Source of the DNA: Candidatus Bathyarchaeota archaeon
Lineage (GTDB): Archaea > Thermoproteota > Bathyarchaeia > Bathyarchaeales > Bathycorpusculaceae
Assembly: GCA_963775465.1 (NCBI GenBank)
Contig: CAVZIW010000001.1
Location: forward strand, 128,001-192,000
Direction: 5' to 3'
Length of the DNA stretch: 64,000 bases
In this document: positions 51,726 through 62,431 of the stretch, piece after piece
Numbering within the stretch: position 1 is the stretch's first letter
How the letters are laid out: every line of letters starts with the position of its first letter
Program-made: the position numbers and the translations under genes
The notes under the pieces: generated by a model
What the model was told of the DNA's origin: nothing
Databases searched by the model: none
What the model saw: the letters and a program-made list of their open reading frames with translations, nothing else

Positions 51726-53000
51726 TTACCCAAAAATCTTTGAATATTTCGCCTTTCCACCTAATTCTTCTTCAATTCTGAGCAGCTGGTTATAGTTACA
51801 ATTCCTCTCACTTCTTGCTGGAGCGCCATATTTGAATTCCCCTGCATCTAAGCCGACAGCCAAATCCGCAAAGAAAGTTTCTTCCGTACTACCTGATCTA
51901 TGAGAAACAATAACGTTCCACCCTACTCCTCTGGCTAATCTAAAAGCATCTAGGCCTTCGGTTACGGTTCCTATCTGATTGAGCTTTAGTAGCAAAGCAT
52001 TACAAGCATCTAATTCAATTGCTTTTAGAATTCTCTCAACATTAGTAACCAGAAGATCATCTCCGACAAGCTGAACTCTTTTCCCAAGCTTGAATTTCAA
52101 CTTAATCCAGCCATCCCAGTCGTCTTCGCTCAAGCCATCTTCGATTGAAATTATCCTGAATTTTTCATACATCTCAGAATAAAATTCGGTTAATCCTTCA
52201 GAAGAGTATTCTTTTTCCATGATTTTATACCGCCCCTTGTCATAGAATTCTGATGCTGCAGCGTCTATCGCCAAACCGAATTCTTTGGAGTAGCCCAGTT
52301 CTTCTATGGCTTCGGACATGAATTTTAGCCTTTCATCAATGCTTTTCAAAGGCGGAACAAAGCCACCTTCATCGCCGACTAATATAGCTGAGTTTCCGAA
52401 TTTTTCTTTCAGGTTTTTCTTTAAAGTATGGTAAGTTTCCGAGCACATTCTTAAAGCATCAGAGAACCTCTTGGCTCCGAAAGGAATTATCATGTGTTCT
52501 TGAAAATCATTTTTTATGCCAGCGTGCATTCCACCGTTGATAACGTTCATCTGTGGGATGGGTAAAGTTACACCTTTTGAGTCAGCAAGCTTGGCAATGT
52601 ATTCATAAAGAGGCTGGTTCGATTCCAATGCGCCTGCTTTGCAGACTGCCATGCTGACTGCGAGAATAGCATTGGCTCCCAAGTTGGACTTGTTAGGAGT
52701 TCTATCCAACTCAATCATCAACTCATCAACCTCTTTCTGTTTTGTACAATCTTGCCCAACGATCTTCTTTGCTATGATATTGTTAACATTACTAACAGCT
52801 TTCAGAACTCCTTGTCCTAAATAACGCCTTCCGCCGTCCCTGAGCTCAAAAGCTTCGTGTTTGCCTGTGCTTGCACCGGAAGGAACTGAAGCCCTTGACA
52901 ACCCTCGGTTTGTGAATACATCTGTTTCCACGGTTGGGTTGCCCCTTGAATCAAGGATTTCCCTTGACCTTATTTTTATTATCTTGGAAATTGCTTCCAC
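51726..53000 (-). CDS. eno: enolase
   Basis: REILDSRGNPTVE, PSGASTG.HEA.ELRDG, GDEGGF, VGDDL.VTN, SHRSG.TE. Confidence 0.97.
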   Translation of the reverse strand: MEAISKIIKIRSREILDSRGNPTVETDVFTNRGLSRASVPSGASTGKHEAFELRDGGRRYLGQGVLKAVSNVNNIIAKKIVGQDCTKQKEVDELMIELDRTPNKSNLGANAILAVSMAVCKAGALESNQPLYEYIAKLADSKGVTLPIPQMNVINGGMHAGIKNDFQEHMIIPFGAKRFSDALRMCSETYHTLKKNLKEKFGNSAILVGDEGGFVPPLKSIDERLKFMSEAIEELGYSKEFGLAIDAAASEFYDKGRYKIMEKEYSSEGLTEFYSEMYEKFRIISIEDGLSEDDWDGWIKLKFKLGKRVQLVGDDLLVTNVERILKAIELDACNALLLKLNQIGTVTEGLDAFRLARGVGWNVIVSHRSGSTEETFFADLAVGLDAGEFKYGAPARSERNCNYNQLLRIEEELGGKAKYSKIFG

Positions 53001-53162
53001 TCCCTAAAGATTTATTTATTTTTGCTACTTTTATGTTTTTAACGGTTCTCATACTATGACTGGTCTAAGAGTATCTTATTTTTTTGTGAATAGGCGAAAA
53101 CAAAACAATTTCATTAAGTAACTCAAGAAGAAAATGGCAAAACTGATAAAGAGCGTAAATGC

Positions 53163-55640
53163 ATGAGTCAAAGTCTCTTGACCACCGAAGAGGCAAAGAA
53201 AGCCAATATTGATGAACTATTAGGCAAACTTTCAGCGGACAAAGGGGGTCTTTCTTCCTCAGAAGCTGAAAAAAGACTTGTGCAATATGGTTCTAATGAA
53301 ATTCAGGAGAAAAAAGTTAACCCTCTGAAAAAGTTTCTCGGTTATTTTTGGGGTCCTATTCCATGGATGATTGAAGCGGCAGTGATAATGTCTGCTGCTA
53401 TTGAAAGGTGGCCTGATTTTACAATAATTCTAACTCTTCTAATGGTAAATGCTGTAGTAGGATTTTGGCAGGAACATAAGGCTGGAAACGCAATAGAACT
53501 GCTAAAACAAAGGCTAGCCATAAAAACGCGAGTTCTACGTGATGGCAAATGGCAGGAGATGCCGGCTGGAAAACTTGTTCCTGGCGACATTGTTCGATTG
53601 CGTTTAGGAGAAATTGTTCCCGCCGATGTAAAACTGATTGATGGAGATTATCTCTTAGCTGACGAGTCAGCATTAACGGGCGAATCTTTACCTGTCGAGA
53701 AGTATTTGTCTGATGTTGGCTATGCAAGTTCGATAATTAAACAAGGTGAAATGGACGCCCTCGTAGTTAATACAGGCGCAAGAACCTTTTTTGGCAAAAC
53801 AACCAAGCTCGTTGAAGAAGCAAAAACCCAGAGTCACTTCCAAAAAGCCATCAGCAAAATAGGCGATTACCTGATATTCCTAGCGATAGGGCTTGTAATA
53901 GTAATCTTTTTGGTCTCGATTTTTCGTGGACAAAACATTCTAGAAATCATCCAGTTTGCATTAATTTTGACTGTAGCATCTATACCTGCAGCTCTTCCCG
54001 CGGTTCTGTCGGTCACTATGGCTATAGGCGCGATAGCTCTAGCCAAGAAAGAAGCAATAGTTAGCAAGTTGGTTGCAATTGAGGAAATGGCAAGCATGGA
54101 TGTTCTTTGTTCAGATAAAACAGGCACTATCACCAAAAACGCGCTCACTATGGGAGGAACCAAAACTTATGGCGAATTCTCAGAAAATGATGTACTGCTG
54201 TTTAGCGTGCTTGCTTCAAGAGAAGAAGACCAAGATCCCATCGATAAAGCAATTTTTGCCAAAACTAAAAGCGTGCCTTCTATTGCCTCTAAAATTGATC
54301 AAATCAAAGTGACTAAATTTAAGCCCTTTGATCCAGTCATAAAGAGAACGGAAGCAACAGCGCAAGGAGAAGATGGGAGCCAGTTTAAGGTAACTAAAGG
54401 AGCCCCTCAAGCAATTCTGGATTTGATCGAAGACAAAAAATCAATCAGTGACAAATTAACGGAGAATATTGATGAATTCGCTAAGAAAGGTTATCGTGCG
54501 TTGGGTGTGGCTCGAACTGATAAAGAGAATAAGTGGGAGTTTGCGGGTTTAATCGCTTTGTTTGATCCGCCAAGAGAAGACTCAGCCGAAACAATAAAGA
54601 CAGCTCAATCGATGGGCGTTAATGTAAAAATGGTCACTGGTGACCATATAGCTATTGCTAAAGAGATTTCAAACCGAGTAAATCTTGGAGACAATATTGT
54701 ATTGCCCGCTACTTTCTTGGATAAACATGAGAGCGAAGCTCAGCGCGTAGTTGAAGAGGCTGAAGGTTTTGCGGAAGTCTTCCCTGAACATAAGTACCGC
54801 ATTGTTGACCTTCTCCAAGGAAAAGGGCATGTTGTTGGCATGACAGGTGATGGAGTTAATGATGCTCCAGCTTTGAAGAAAGCTGACGCAGGTATTGCAG
54901 TTGAGGGCGCCACAGACGCTTCCAAGTCAGCAGCAGATATAGTTCTGACAAAGCCTGGTCTTTCAGTTATTATTGACGCGATTAAAGAGAGTCGCAAAAT
55001 TTTCCAAAGGATGACAAATTACGGAACTTATCGCATCGCTGAAACGATAAGAGTTTTGCTTTTTATGACTGCTTCAATCGTCGTTTTCCAGTTTTACCCC
55101 GTTACTGCTCTGATGCTCGTTTTATTGGCGCTCCTAAATGACCTGCCGATCATGACGATAGCTTATGACAATGTGAAGTACTCGGATAAACCTGAGCAAT
55201 GGGATATGCGTACTTTGTTGGGTATAGCGACGTTTATTGGGGTAATCGGGGTTTTCTCATCTTTTGGGATTCTCTATATAGGGTTGAATGTGTTGAAGTT
55301 AGACCCATTAGTGCTGCAATCTTTTATTTATCTCAAACTTTCAGTTGCAGGGCATCTGACTATTTTTGTTGCGAGGACTAAGGGTCACTTTTGGTCGGTG
55401 AAGCCTGCAAAGCCTCTTTTATTGGCAGTTATAGCTACTCAAATTGTTGCTACAATAATTACTGTGTACGGCATACTACTTCCTGCAATGGGTTGGGGTT
55501 TAGCCGCTCTTGTGTGGGGTTATGCTTTGTTGCTTTTTGTAATAACCGATTTCGCAAAAGTGCGTCTATACAAACTTCTAAACCACACAGGAGTTGCATT
55601 CCGAAGTGATGAGGCTCATTCCAAGGAATCAGTCAAATAG
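53163..55640 (+). CDS. plasma-membrane proton-efflux P-type ATPase (P3A)
   Basis: FWGPIPWMIE, TGESLPV, CSDKTGT, KGAPQ, DPPR, TGDGVNDAPALK, LLNDLPIMTIAYD. Confidence 0.93.
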   Translation: MSQSLLTTEEAKKANIDELLGKLSADKGGLSSSEAEKRLVQYGSNEIQEKKVNPLKKFLGYFWGPIPWMIEAAVIMSAAIERWPDFTIILTLLMVNAVVGFWQEHKAGNAIELLKQRLAIKTRVLRDGKWQEMPAGKLVPGDIVRLRLGEIVPADVKLIDGDYLLADESALTGESLPVEKYLSDVGYASSIIKQGEMDALVVNTGARTFFGKTTKLVEEAKTQSHFQKAISKIGDYLIFLAIGLVIVIFLVSIFRGQNILEIIQFALILTVASIPAALPAVLSVTMAIGAIALAKKEAIVSKLVAIEEMASMDVLCSDKTGTITKNALTMGGTKTYGEFSENDVLLFSVLASREEDQDPIDKAIFAKTKSVPSIASKIDQIKVTKFKPFDPVIKRTEATAQGEDGSQFKVTKGAPQAILDLIEDKKSISDKLTENIDEFAKKGYRALGVARTDKENKWEFAGLIALFDPPREDSAETIKTAQSMGVNVKMVTGDHIAIAKEISNRVNLGDNIVLPATFLDKHESEAQRVVEEAEGFAEVFPEHKYRIVDLLQGKGHVVGMTGDGVNDAPALKKADAGIAVEGATDASKSAADIVLTKPGLSVIIDAIKESRKIFQRMTNYGTYRIAETIRVLLFMTASIVVFQFYPVTALMLVLLALLNDLPIMTIAYDNVKYSDKPEQWDMRTLLGIATFIGVIGVFSSFGILYIGLNVLKLDPLVLQSFIYLKLSVAGHLTIFVARTKGHFWSVKPAKPLLLAVIATQIVATIITVYGILLPAMGWGLAALVWGYALLLFVITDFAKVRLYKLLNHTGVAFRSDEAHSKESVK

Positions 55641-55838
55641 TTGTTCGTTTCAACTCGGAAAAATCGCGTAGACTTTTGGAACAGAATCTTGAAACATCAA
55701 AAGTTGGCTGGATAGCGGTCATAGCTAAGCATCCAATTAAACAATCCTCATAAATGAGACGAGTTGAGATGCTATGAAAACCAAGAGGACGACGCGCACG
55801 CCTAGAACCTGCAAAGAACTGGTGAATTTGACTCTTTT

Positions 55839-56180
55839 TTATAGTCCCCAGCTTTGTGCCGCGGTTTGATGCGGCGGTTCTTTCTCATGTTTCTCTTTTT
55901 TCTCGATGACCTTAAGCCTGTTGATTTTTACAGTTGAGTCTTCAACGGAGACCCAATGAGTGTTGTTTAGGTTTCGATGGTAAATAAACTTGTTCACTCC
56001 ATGCTGCAGTTCCGGAAATGCTACCTTTTCTGAATCCACCATCAACTTGTCCTCAACTTGGGAAACTGGAACTTTGAGGTGTAATTGAAGAAAACTTGTT
56101 AGGTTTTCTTTCTCGTTTTGTAAATCGCCTAAGTCTACTTGGAGTTCACTTTGAGATTTATTTTTGTGTCCAAAAAGCAA
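55839..56180 (-). CDS. hypothetical protein, possibly ribosomal eL22-like fold
   Basis: LQVD...L..FLQ.HLKV...V......L.V.SE....EL...VNKFIYHRNL pattern; TTG start near 56180. Confidence 0.5.
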   Translation of the reverse strand: MLFGHKNKSQSELQVDLGDLQNEKENLTSFLQLHLKVPVSQVEDKLMVDSEKVAFPELQHGVNKFIYHRNLNNTHWVSVEDSTVKINRLKVIEKKEKHEKEPPHQTAAQSWGL

Positions 56181-56499
56181 AAGTACACGCCTATAAGGGT
56201 AAGCTATTATGATGGTAAAAAGTTTGAGTAGCGCCATGAAAAAACACTTGACTATTACCAATCCGCTGAATGCAAGTATTTCACGTCATAAGTCGTAAAC
56301 CCTTTGAAAAAACATCTACAATTTTAACCATAAAAACACTTCACTACTGTTATTTATCTCCTCGAATAATTTAAGCCTTAATGGACTTAGCGCTCTTACT
56401 AATAATCGATCTTCTCGTTTCCTATGAAGCTAACACACAACAAGTTTGTAGCATTCAGAGTTATGTCGATTGTAATGTTGGGGCAATTGCAGCTCATGA

Positions 56500-57213
56500 T
56501 CACGAGTGTAGTATCGGTATATCAGATTTTACTTCTACTAGCATAGACTCGGTGTATTCTGGTGACTGCTTGATGGTCTTGCGGGTAAGATTGACGAAGA
56601 CTTTTGACTCATCCCAACTAACGCGCTCGATCAATTTCGGCGAAACCAGTACCTCTTTTCCCGGCCACCAGTTCCGTGTATTTATTATTAGGTAACGAAT
56701 CGCCCACGTTTGGTCATCTACAATAAAATCTTCAACGTTACCAATCTCTCCGTCGGAGGCTTGGATATGATATCCACTCACGACGTTGGTACTGCGCAAA
56801 TGTGAATCCCACTTTTTCTCAGCCTCTTCGCGCGAAAAGGCATTACGGTCATGCACGATGTAGGGATAAGATCCCCATGGATATGGTCCCATCCAATACA
56901 GCGGCCAGCCATAATACATATGGTAGGTTTTCTCGTATTGTTGGGAGACGGGCTTGTCGCTTTTCAATGCTGGGCTGTCCTCGATCTGTTTTTTGGTTAA
57001 ATTGATGGCGATGTTTTGCTCTTCTTTATTCACTGCGAGCAGCGCATGCGGGGAAATCAGTACCTGCCTGTCCGAAAGCCAATTTCCTGAGTCGGCAACC
57101 AAATAGCGAATTGTCCAGTACGTGTCGTCGAAGTAGAATTCTTTGACCTTACCTATTTCCCCATCAAGGCTGTCCAATCTGTAACCTTTTAGTGTTTTGA
57201 TTTTGTTTAGCAT
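56500..57213 (-). CDS. tandem PRC-barrel domain protein
   Basis: two repeats of GY......DGEIG.V..F..DD..W.IRYL.......W......VL.SP. Confidence 0.85.
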   Translation of the reverse strand: MLNKIKTLKGYRLDSLDGEIGKVKEFYFDDTYWTIRYLVADSGNWLSDRQVLISPHALLAVNKEEQNIAINLTKKQIEDSPALKSDKPVSQQYEKTYHMYYGWPLYWMGPYPWGSYPYIVHDRNAFSREEAEKKWDSHLRSTNVVSGYHIQASDGEIGNVEDFIVDDQTWAIRYLIINTRNWWPGKEVLVSPKLIERVSWDESKVFVNLTRKTIKQSPEYTESMLVEVKSDIPILHS

Positions 57214-57344
57214 AATGCGCACCTATTTGAAGTTTCTAATCTAGAAGTTGGTTCCAGTTTTCTTAAAGATATGTGGCTGTAGCGGGACAGCAACAAGTCA
57301 CCTTAGCTCCAAGACTCAGATTGTTAGCAACTTTTGACGCCCAA

Positions 57345-57674
57345 TTAGGGATTGAATTCCCCGTTGACGTCTTCTCCGGTGATGTCTTCGTTGTAGTTTT
57401 CGTCTTCATGAGCTTCTTCTTCATATTCTTCTTCTGCCTCCTCTTCACGGGCTCTTTCTCTGGCGCCTGCATCTCGTGCTTGGTCTTCAGTTTCGCCTTT
57501 TGGAGGAAAAGCATCGTCTAACCACAGTTTAAACTGCACTTTGCCTTCAGCATTAGAGAAAGCCCATTCACATAATTCACCGATTACGCGATTCAGGTCA
57601 ACTTGCTGATCGTTAGCTAACTGTTTTAAGTATTGTTACCACTTAGAAGGAATAGATCTCGCTAATCTGCTCAT
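57345..57674 (-). pseudogene. small acidic-tailed protein with a premature TAA at codon 13
   Basis: MSRLARSIPSKW*QYLKQLANDQQVDLNRVIGELCEWAF...EEEAEEEYEEE; stop at 57636-57638. Confidence 0.6.
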
Positions 57675-57678
57675 TTTC

Positions 57679-58182
57679 TTACTCGTGTCCTTTTATTTCA
57701 TGATGCGTTGTTTCTCTGGGTCTTTCCATCTCTGAGTGGGTCTTGAAGGTTTTACCGCAGTCTGGACAAGGAATCTGGTTTGGCTCTGCACCCTTTATTG
57801 GTGTCTCTTGAGATGACGGCTTCCCCAACGTGTGGGGCTGATGATGATGCTCTTTGCCGCTCATGGTTTCTTTTGAGAGCTTTTCCACTAATTCAGCTCC
57901 CTCTGGGGTAAGCTCGTATTGACGGTATACGTTATGATTTGTCTCTTTGGTTTGTCCCTTCACTAAGTGGGCTCTTTCGAGCACTTCCAAATCTACCACA
58001 TCTTGGTGCAAATTACCCGGTTTTGTTCCTTCAGACGAAATTAGCATATCAAAAGGCTGAACTTTTGCTACTCTAAGCAGAAGAGATTTGTAGCGGTTTA
58101 TACCTTCTTCAAACGCTATTTCTTTACGTTCGTTATCTTCTACAGCTACCGTACTCAACAAACTCTTAAGTTCCAAGGACAT
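57679..58182 (-). CDS. hypothetical protein with a wHTH-like segment and a degenerate C2H2 finger
   Basis: YELTPEG..L; CPDCGKTF...SEM.RP....H (first His replaced by Pro). Confidence 0.55.
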   Translation of the reverse strand: MSLELKSLLSTVAVEDNERKEIAFEEGINRYKSLLLRVAKVQPFDMLISSEGTKPGNLHQDVVDLEVLERAHLVKGQTKETNHNVYRQYELTPEGAELVEKLSKETMSGKEHHHQPHTLGKPSSQETPIKGAEPNQIPCPDCGKTFKTHSEMERPRETTHHEIKGHE

Positions 58183-58292
58183 ACAAACACCACTCCAAAA
58201 ACATTAATCAAAACAGAATCTATTGAAATCTTGTCTATCGCGTTATTTTAACTTACTGCTCAAGCTTGGAAGGGTTGCTCTAGCTCCACGCT

Positions 58293-59699
58293 TCATTTTT
58301 TCCCCATTTCACGCGGATGCTTTCCAGCTCGCCAGTGCTCTTCAATCTGTTCAAGAATCTTCCCTTTTGTTTCCGGCACCAACTTGTAGCAGAATATCCA
58401 AGCTAAAACACCCACTACCGCATATAACCAGAAAGTCCCAGATCTACCCAGAAGCTGAATCAAGGTGAGAAAAGTCAAAGCTATGATAAGATTTGATCCC
58501 CAGTTGGCTTCGCTGGCTATGCTCATTGCGAGACCGCGAACCTTCAGCGGATATATTTCTGAAATAAGAAGCCAGAAGACAGGCCCCAAACCAATCGCGA
58601 AAGACGCAACGTAAACCATTAATCCAACAGTAGCTAAGGACCCAATCAGACCCAGAAGACTCGACAAGTAAAACGAGATACCGAGCAAGACTAGACTTGA
58701 AACCATGCCGGCCAAGCCTATCAACAATAAGGGACGACGACCTACCCGATCAAGCAGAAGTATTGCGATAATTGTGAATACAACATTGACTATGCCTACC
58801 ATCAGAGTTGAGAAGATAGCGGCAGACGAAGAGACTATTCCAGCGAACTGAAAAATTTTTGGAGCATAATAAATGACCGTGTTTATTCCCGTTGCCTGTT
58901 GAAAAATAGCCAAGGCAACACCAATTATTAAGGCAGGCTTCACCAATGGATTCAAGAGTTCAGCACGCCCACCCTTCTGCTCTTTGAGACTCTTTTGAAT
59001 TTCCCCCAGCTCTTTCTCCACATCCTCGTTGCCTCTGATTCGCTTCAAGACCACGCGTGCCTTTTCAGGTTCTTTGCGATTCATTAGCCATCGGGGTGTG
59101 TCTGGTAAAGGAAGCATACCCAACGCCAGTATTACCGCAGGAATTGCAGCTAAACCCAGCATATACCGCCAACCTTGAATTGGAGCCAACGCGTAATCAA
59201 CAAGATAAGACACAACGATGCCGATTGTAATCGCTAGCTGATTCAAAGAAACCAATGAGCCCCGCACTTTTGCTGGAGAAACCTCGGAAACATAGAGCGG
59301 AGCAGTCATGGAAGCAATGCCAATCGCAAGACCCACAACAATCCTTCCCGCTATAAGCAACAAAACATTGGGCGTAAACGCGGCTCCAATTGCACCCAAG
59401 ATAAAAACTAAGGCAGCCACAAGAATCATTTTGCGCCGACCCACCAAATCTGCAAGATACCCAGCTACAGCTGCGCCTATTACAGCCCCTATCAAAACAG
59501 CGCTAACCACAATGCCAACTAAAAGGCTTGAAAGCGCATAATCTTTTTCAATAAACAGAATAGCCCCGGAAATAACGCCAGTGTCATAACCGAAAAGCAA
59601 TCCTCCTAAGGCAGAAATTATGGCGACCACATAAACAAATCTCCCATGAGTCTGTTTTGCATCAGGCGGCATTGCGCTCAAAATCTTATTCTCCATCAC
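58293..59699 (-). CDS. MFS sugar porter family transporter
   Basis: GGLLFGYDTGVISGA, GRR, YVSEVSPA..RG, QQATGINTVIYYAP, PETKG. Confidence 0.95.
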   Translation of the reverse strand: MMENKILSAMPPDAKQTHGRFVYVVAIISALGGLLFGYDTGVISGAILFIEKDYALSSLLVGIVVSAVLIGAVIGAAVAGYLADLVGRRKMILVAALVFILGAIGAAFTPNVLLLIAGRIVVGLAIGIASMTAPLYVSEVSPAKVRGSLVSLNQLAITIGIVVSYLVDYALAPIQGWRYMLGLAAIPAVILALGMLPLPDTPRWLMNRKEPEKARVVLKRIRGNEDVEKELGEIQKSLKEQKGGRAELLNPLVKPALIIGVALAIFQQATGINTVIYYAPKIFQFAGIVSSSAAIFSTLMVGIVNVVFTIIAILLLDRVGRRPLLLIGLAGMVSSLVLLGISFYLSSLLGLIGSLATVGLMVYVASFAIGLGPVFWLLISEIYPLKVRGLAMSIASEANWGSNLIIALTFLTLIQLLGRSGTFWLYAVVGVLAWIFCYKLVPETKGKILEQIEEHWRAGKHPREMGKK

Positions 59700-61558
59700 A
59701 TTTTTTGTTTGATATGGTTTTTTGCTTCTTGTAGATCAAGAACAGATAGGATAGAGAAAGCGTGAGACCACGCTAGCGGTATTGCAGAAACAGGCGCTCC
59801 GCTTTCTTTGTCAACTTGCTCAGAGAGTAATTCCAATTCGGTGGAGTGGTCAAATGCCCAGCGAATAAGCGGCTGTGCTTTGACCAATTCACCTGCTTTT
59901 TCGTAATATAGTGCTAACCATAGAGTTGTCAGAATCCATGGGTTGCCACCGTAGTACTGATCAAAGGTGTACCTACCCAATCCGCCTGACTTGAACGTGA
60001 AAGCAGACTCTATTGCTTTGGCGGTCTTTTTCATTCTTTCGTCGTTTGCAGGCAAAACATCAAACGGATAGGATAAGCTTAATAGGCTAACGTCAAGGTT
60101 TTCGTCTCTGGGAACAGCTGTCTTGATGAATCGATTCAAGTGCGCATCCCACGACAAGTTGAGCAGTGATTCCCTAAGGCTAATTGCGTTTTGATCCCAC
60201 TTACTGCCTAAATCGTCTTTTCCCATTACTTTGGCAAGAGTGGCGGCTGATTTTAGCCCTGCATAAACTGCTGCGTTAGAGTATGTGTGATTACCGAATT
60301 TCTCTTCCCAAAGACCAACTGTTTCAACTAGATCATCAGCTTGAGAAACCTGTGTAGCCAAGAAGTCTGCTCCTTTACTTACACTGTTCCACACTGAGCG
60401 AACAAATCGACGGTCACCTGTTAGTTCAAAGTGTTTTCCCATGCCCCATATGACAGTTGCGATTTCGTCTGTCTGAGAGCTCCAACAGGGACCTTTTAGG
60501 CGGTTCCCTATGTAATAGCGTTGGTATAGTCCCCCTTCGGGTTCTTGAGCTTTTGTGCACCATTGGTAGAAACTTTTTGCCTCTTCATGATAGCCGCATC
60601 TATCAAAGGTATAGGCGACGTAGGTGGCGTCTCTGGGCCAACAGAAACGGTACTCAGGACTCATGCATGGTGCGGCGATTGTACCGCCGTGACGTTCAGA
60701 CGTTAATAGTTTAAGCGTTAGCAAGGATCGTCTTGTCATGCGCGCTAATTGCTCATCTATATTATCCGTTTTGAAATTTGTAATCCATTTTTTCCAGAAT
60801 TCTTCTGTTCCGCTGATTTGCTTTTCTGGTGATTCGTTCTTGTATTTTCCAAGAGTTTCCAGCGCTTCTTTTTGTGTGGCTGCCATAGTGATTATGACTG
60901 CCACTGTTTTTGATTCGTTGACGTGCAAATTGGGGATATCCCAGCTTAAGCAAGAGTTAACGTCTCTTAAACCACTATACAATGTTAGGGAGCCACCTGA
61001 CAGTTTATAGTCATACACATCTCTAAACGAGTCTGAGTCTTCACCATGCACCCCGCACTGGTGACCCGAGGAAGGCAATGTCCCCGTGTATGCAAAGTGT
61101 AAATTGCGTTTGTAGTGAAGGATGGCATCATTGTTTTTTAAGTAGGTGGCGGCATCGTCAATTGGCGATTCCGATAGTGCTAGATCAGTGTAATAGAATA
61201 ATCTAAGAAAGACTTCGTTATCTCCATAATTTTGTATTACAAATTGCCTTATCAACGTGTCAGAATCAGGCAAGACTGCATCTGTTAGTGTTATGTTCAA
61301 GTCTGGATTTTGGTGCTTGAAAAAGGTGTGAACGATGTTGGTGTCGGGTAGGTATTCTTGTTTTTTCGTCCATGCTGGATCAGTGAGCCAATCAAAACGA
61401 TTTTCACCTTTAAAGGAGTAGAATATGCCTGGCAGAGAGCCTCGTACGTGTTGAGGGTAATCTATGGTGGGCCAGAACAAATATCGAAGCTCACCATGCT
61501 TACCAATTGTAGCTAGCATTCTATTATTGCCAAGTACGGCTTGTTCAGGTACATCCAT
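59696..61558 (-). CDS. glycoside hydrolase family 15 (glucoamylase-like)
   Basis: IAAP, YRFCWPRD, QTDE, GLWEE, LSEQV, PLAWSHA; start MDVPEQ at 61558. Confidence 0.9.
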   Translation of the reverse strand: MDVPEQAVLGNNRMLATIGKHGELRYLFWPTIDYPQHVRGSLPGIFYSFKGENRFDWLTDPAWTKKQEYLPDTNIVHTFFKHQNPDLNITLTDAVLPDSDTLIRQFVIQNYGDNEVFLRLFYYTDLALSESPIDDAATYLKNNDAILHYKRNLHFAYTGTLPSSGHQCGVHGEDSDSFRDVYDYKLSGGSLTLYSGLRDVNSCLSWDIPNLHVNESKTVAVIITMAATQKEALETLGKYKNESPEKQISGTEEFWKKWITNFKTDNIDEQLARMTRRSLLTLKLLTSERHGGTIAAPCMSPEYRFCWPRDATYVAYTFDRCGYHEEAKSFYQWCTKAQEPEGGLYQRYYIGNRLKGPCWSSQTDEIATVIWGMGKHFELTGDRRFVRSVWNSVSKGADFLATQVSQADDLVETVGLWEEKFGNHTYSNAAVYAGLKSAATLAKVMGKDDLGSKWDQNAISLRESLLNLSWDAHLNRFIKTAVPRDENLDVSLLSLSYPFDVLPANDERMKKTAKAIESAFTFKSGGLGRYTFDQYYGGNPWILTTLWLALYYEKAGELVKAQPLIRWAFDHSTELELLSEQVDKESGAPVSAIPLAWSHAFSILSVLDLQEAKNHIKQKM

Positions 61559-61912
61559 ATGTGACGCACCTCTTTCTAAGATACCTAATTTGTTTCTGTA
61601 GCTTTTTTTTAAAAAAATGCAACATCCTGATTCAGAAATCAGTTTTCTATTACTTATTAATATGTGACTGTTAAACCACAACCACAAAGTTATCACTTGA
61701 CAAAAATATTCTAAAGATAGCTTTGCGAGCGTTTGTTCCTCTTGTAGGATATATCAATCCTAGACAGAACACACTTTCAAACGCGCATGTGAGCTTCTAA
61801 GTACGTTTTATGTTTTTTTAAAAGCTGCACTCTGGTTTTTGGGTTTCTTCGCTGTATTCGTCTTTCAAAAGGATATGTGACATACTTCTTGCGATAGTTG
61901 GAGGTTGTTTTT

Positions 61913-62320
61913 TTACTCAGATTTTGATTCAGTATATAAAGGAGCATCCTTTAGTGTTGAGAGTAGTTCCTGAGTCTGCAGTTCGGTTAGTGCACATTCT
62001 TTTGTGTCTTTCAAAAAAGGTATTTTGTCGGTTGCGTTTTTGAGTTCATGTAGTCTTTCCCATTCGACTTTGATGTTTTCGGAGAAGCTATGCTCATCCA
62101 CACTGCTGTACCATGTTCCTTTCTCCAAATCTTCAGGCCCTTGAACAGCGGTGAATGGACCGAGAAGAGTTTTTGTTTCATCATTGAGTAAAAAAATGAC
62201 CGTGTTCATTTCTAATTCTTTGTATACTTTAACTTGCTTGCCTGAACAACTAAAGTGTTTATTTCTCATACACTCAGTCATCGAAGCATTATTACACAGA
62301 AAAACATAGCCTATTTGCAT
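61913..62320 (-). CDS. DCD (development and cell death)-domain-like protein
   Basis: GYVFLCNN....EC.....F ... IFLLN..TK.LLGPF.A resembles the DCD core. Confidence 0.6.
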   Translation of the reverse strand: MQIGYVFLCNNASMTECMRNKHFSCSGKQVKVYKELEMNTVIFLLNDETKTLLGPFTAVQGPEDLEKGTWYSSVDEHSFSENIKVEWERLHELKNATDKIPFLKDTKECALTELQTQELLSTLKDAPLYTESKSE

Positions 62321-62431
62321 GAATAACAAATACTGTTTTCTCCCCTAAAAACTCACCTGCCCAGTGAGTTGAATCAAATTGTGTCCCCATCCTTGCCCAC
62401 AAAACTTATGAAAATTATTTTAACCGTTTCT

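Noticed and set aside
57507-57530. Partial match to the 28-bp motif (AAAAGCATCGTCTAACCACAGTTT)
   Set aside because: Lacks the GTATAC head, has four mismatches to the closest copy, and lies in coding-derived sequence; probably chance.
57636-57638. Stop-codon recoding (Sec/Pyl) in the interrupted genes
   Set aside because: The in-frame stops here and in pyk are TAA, not TGA or TAG, and occur with other signs of decay.
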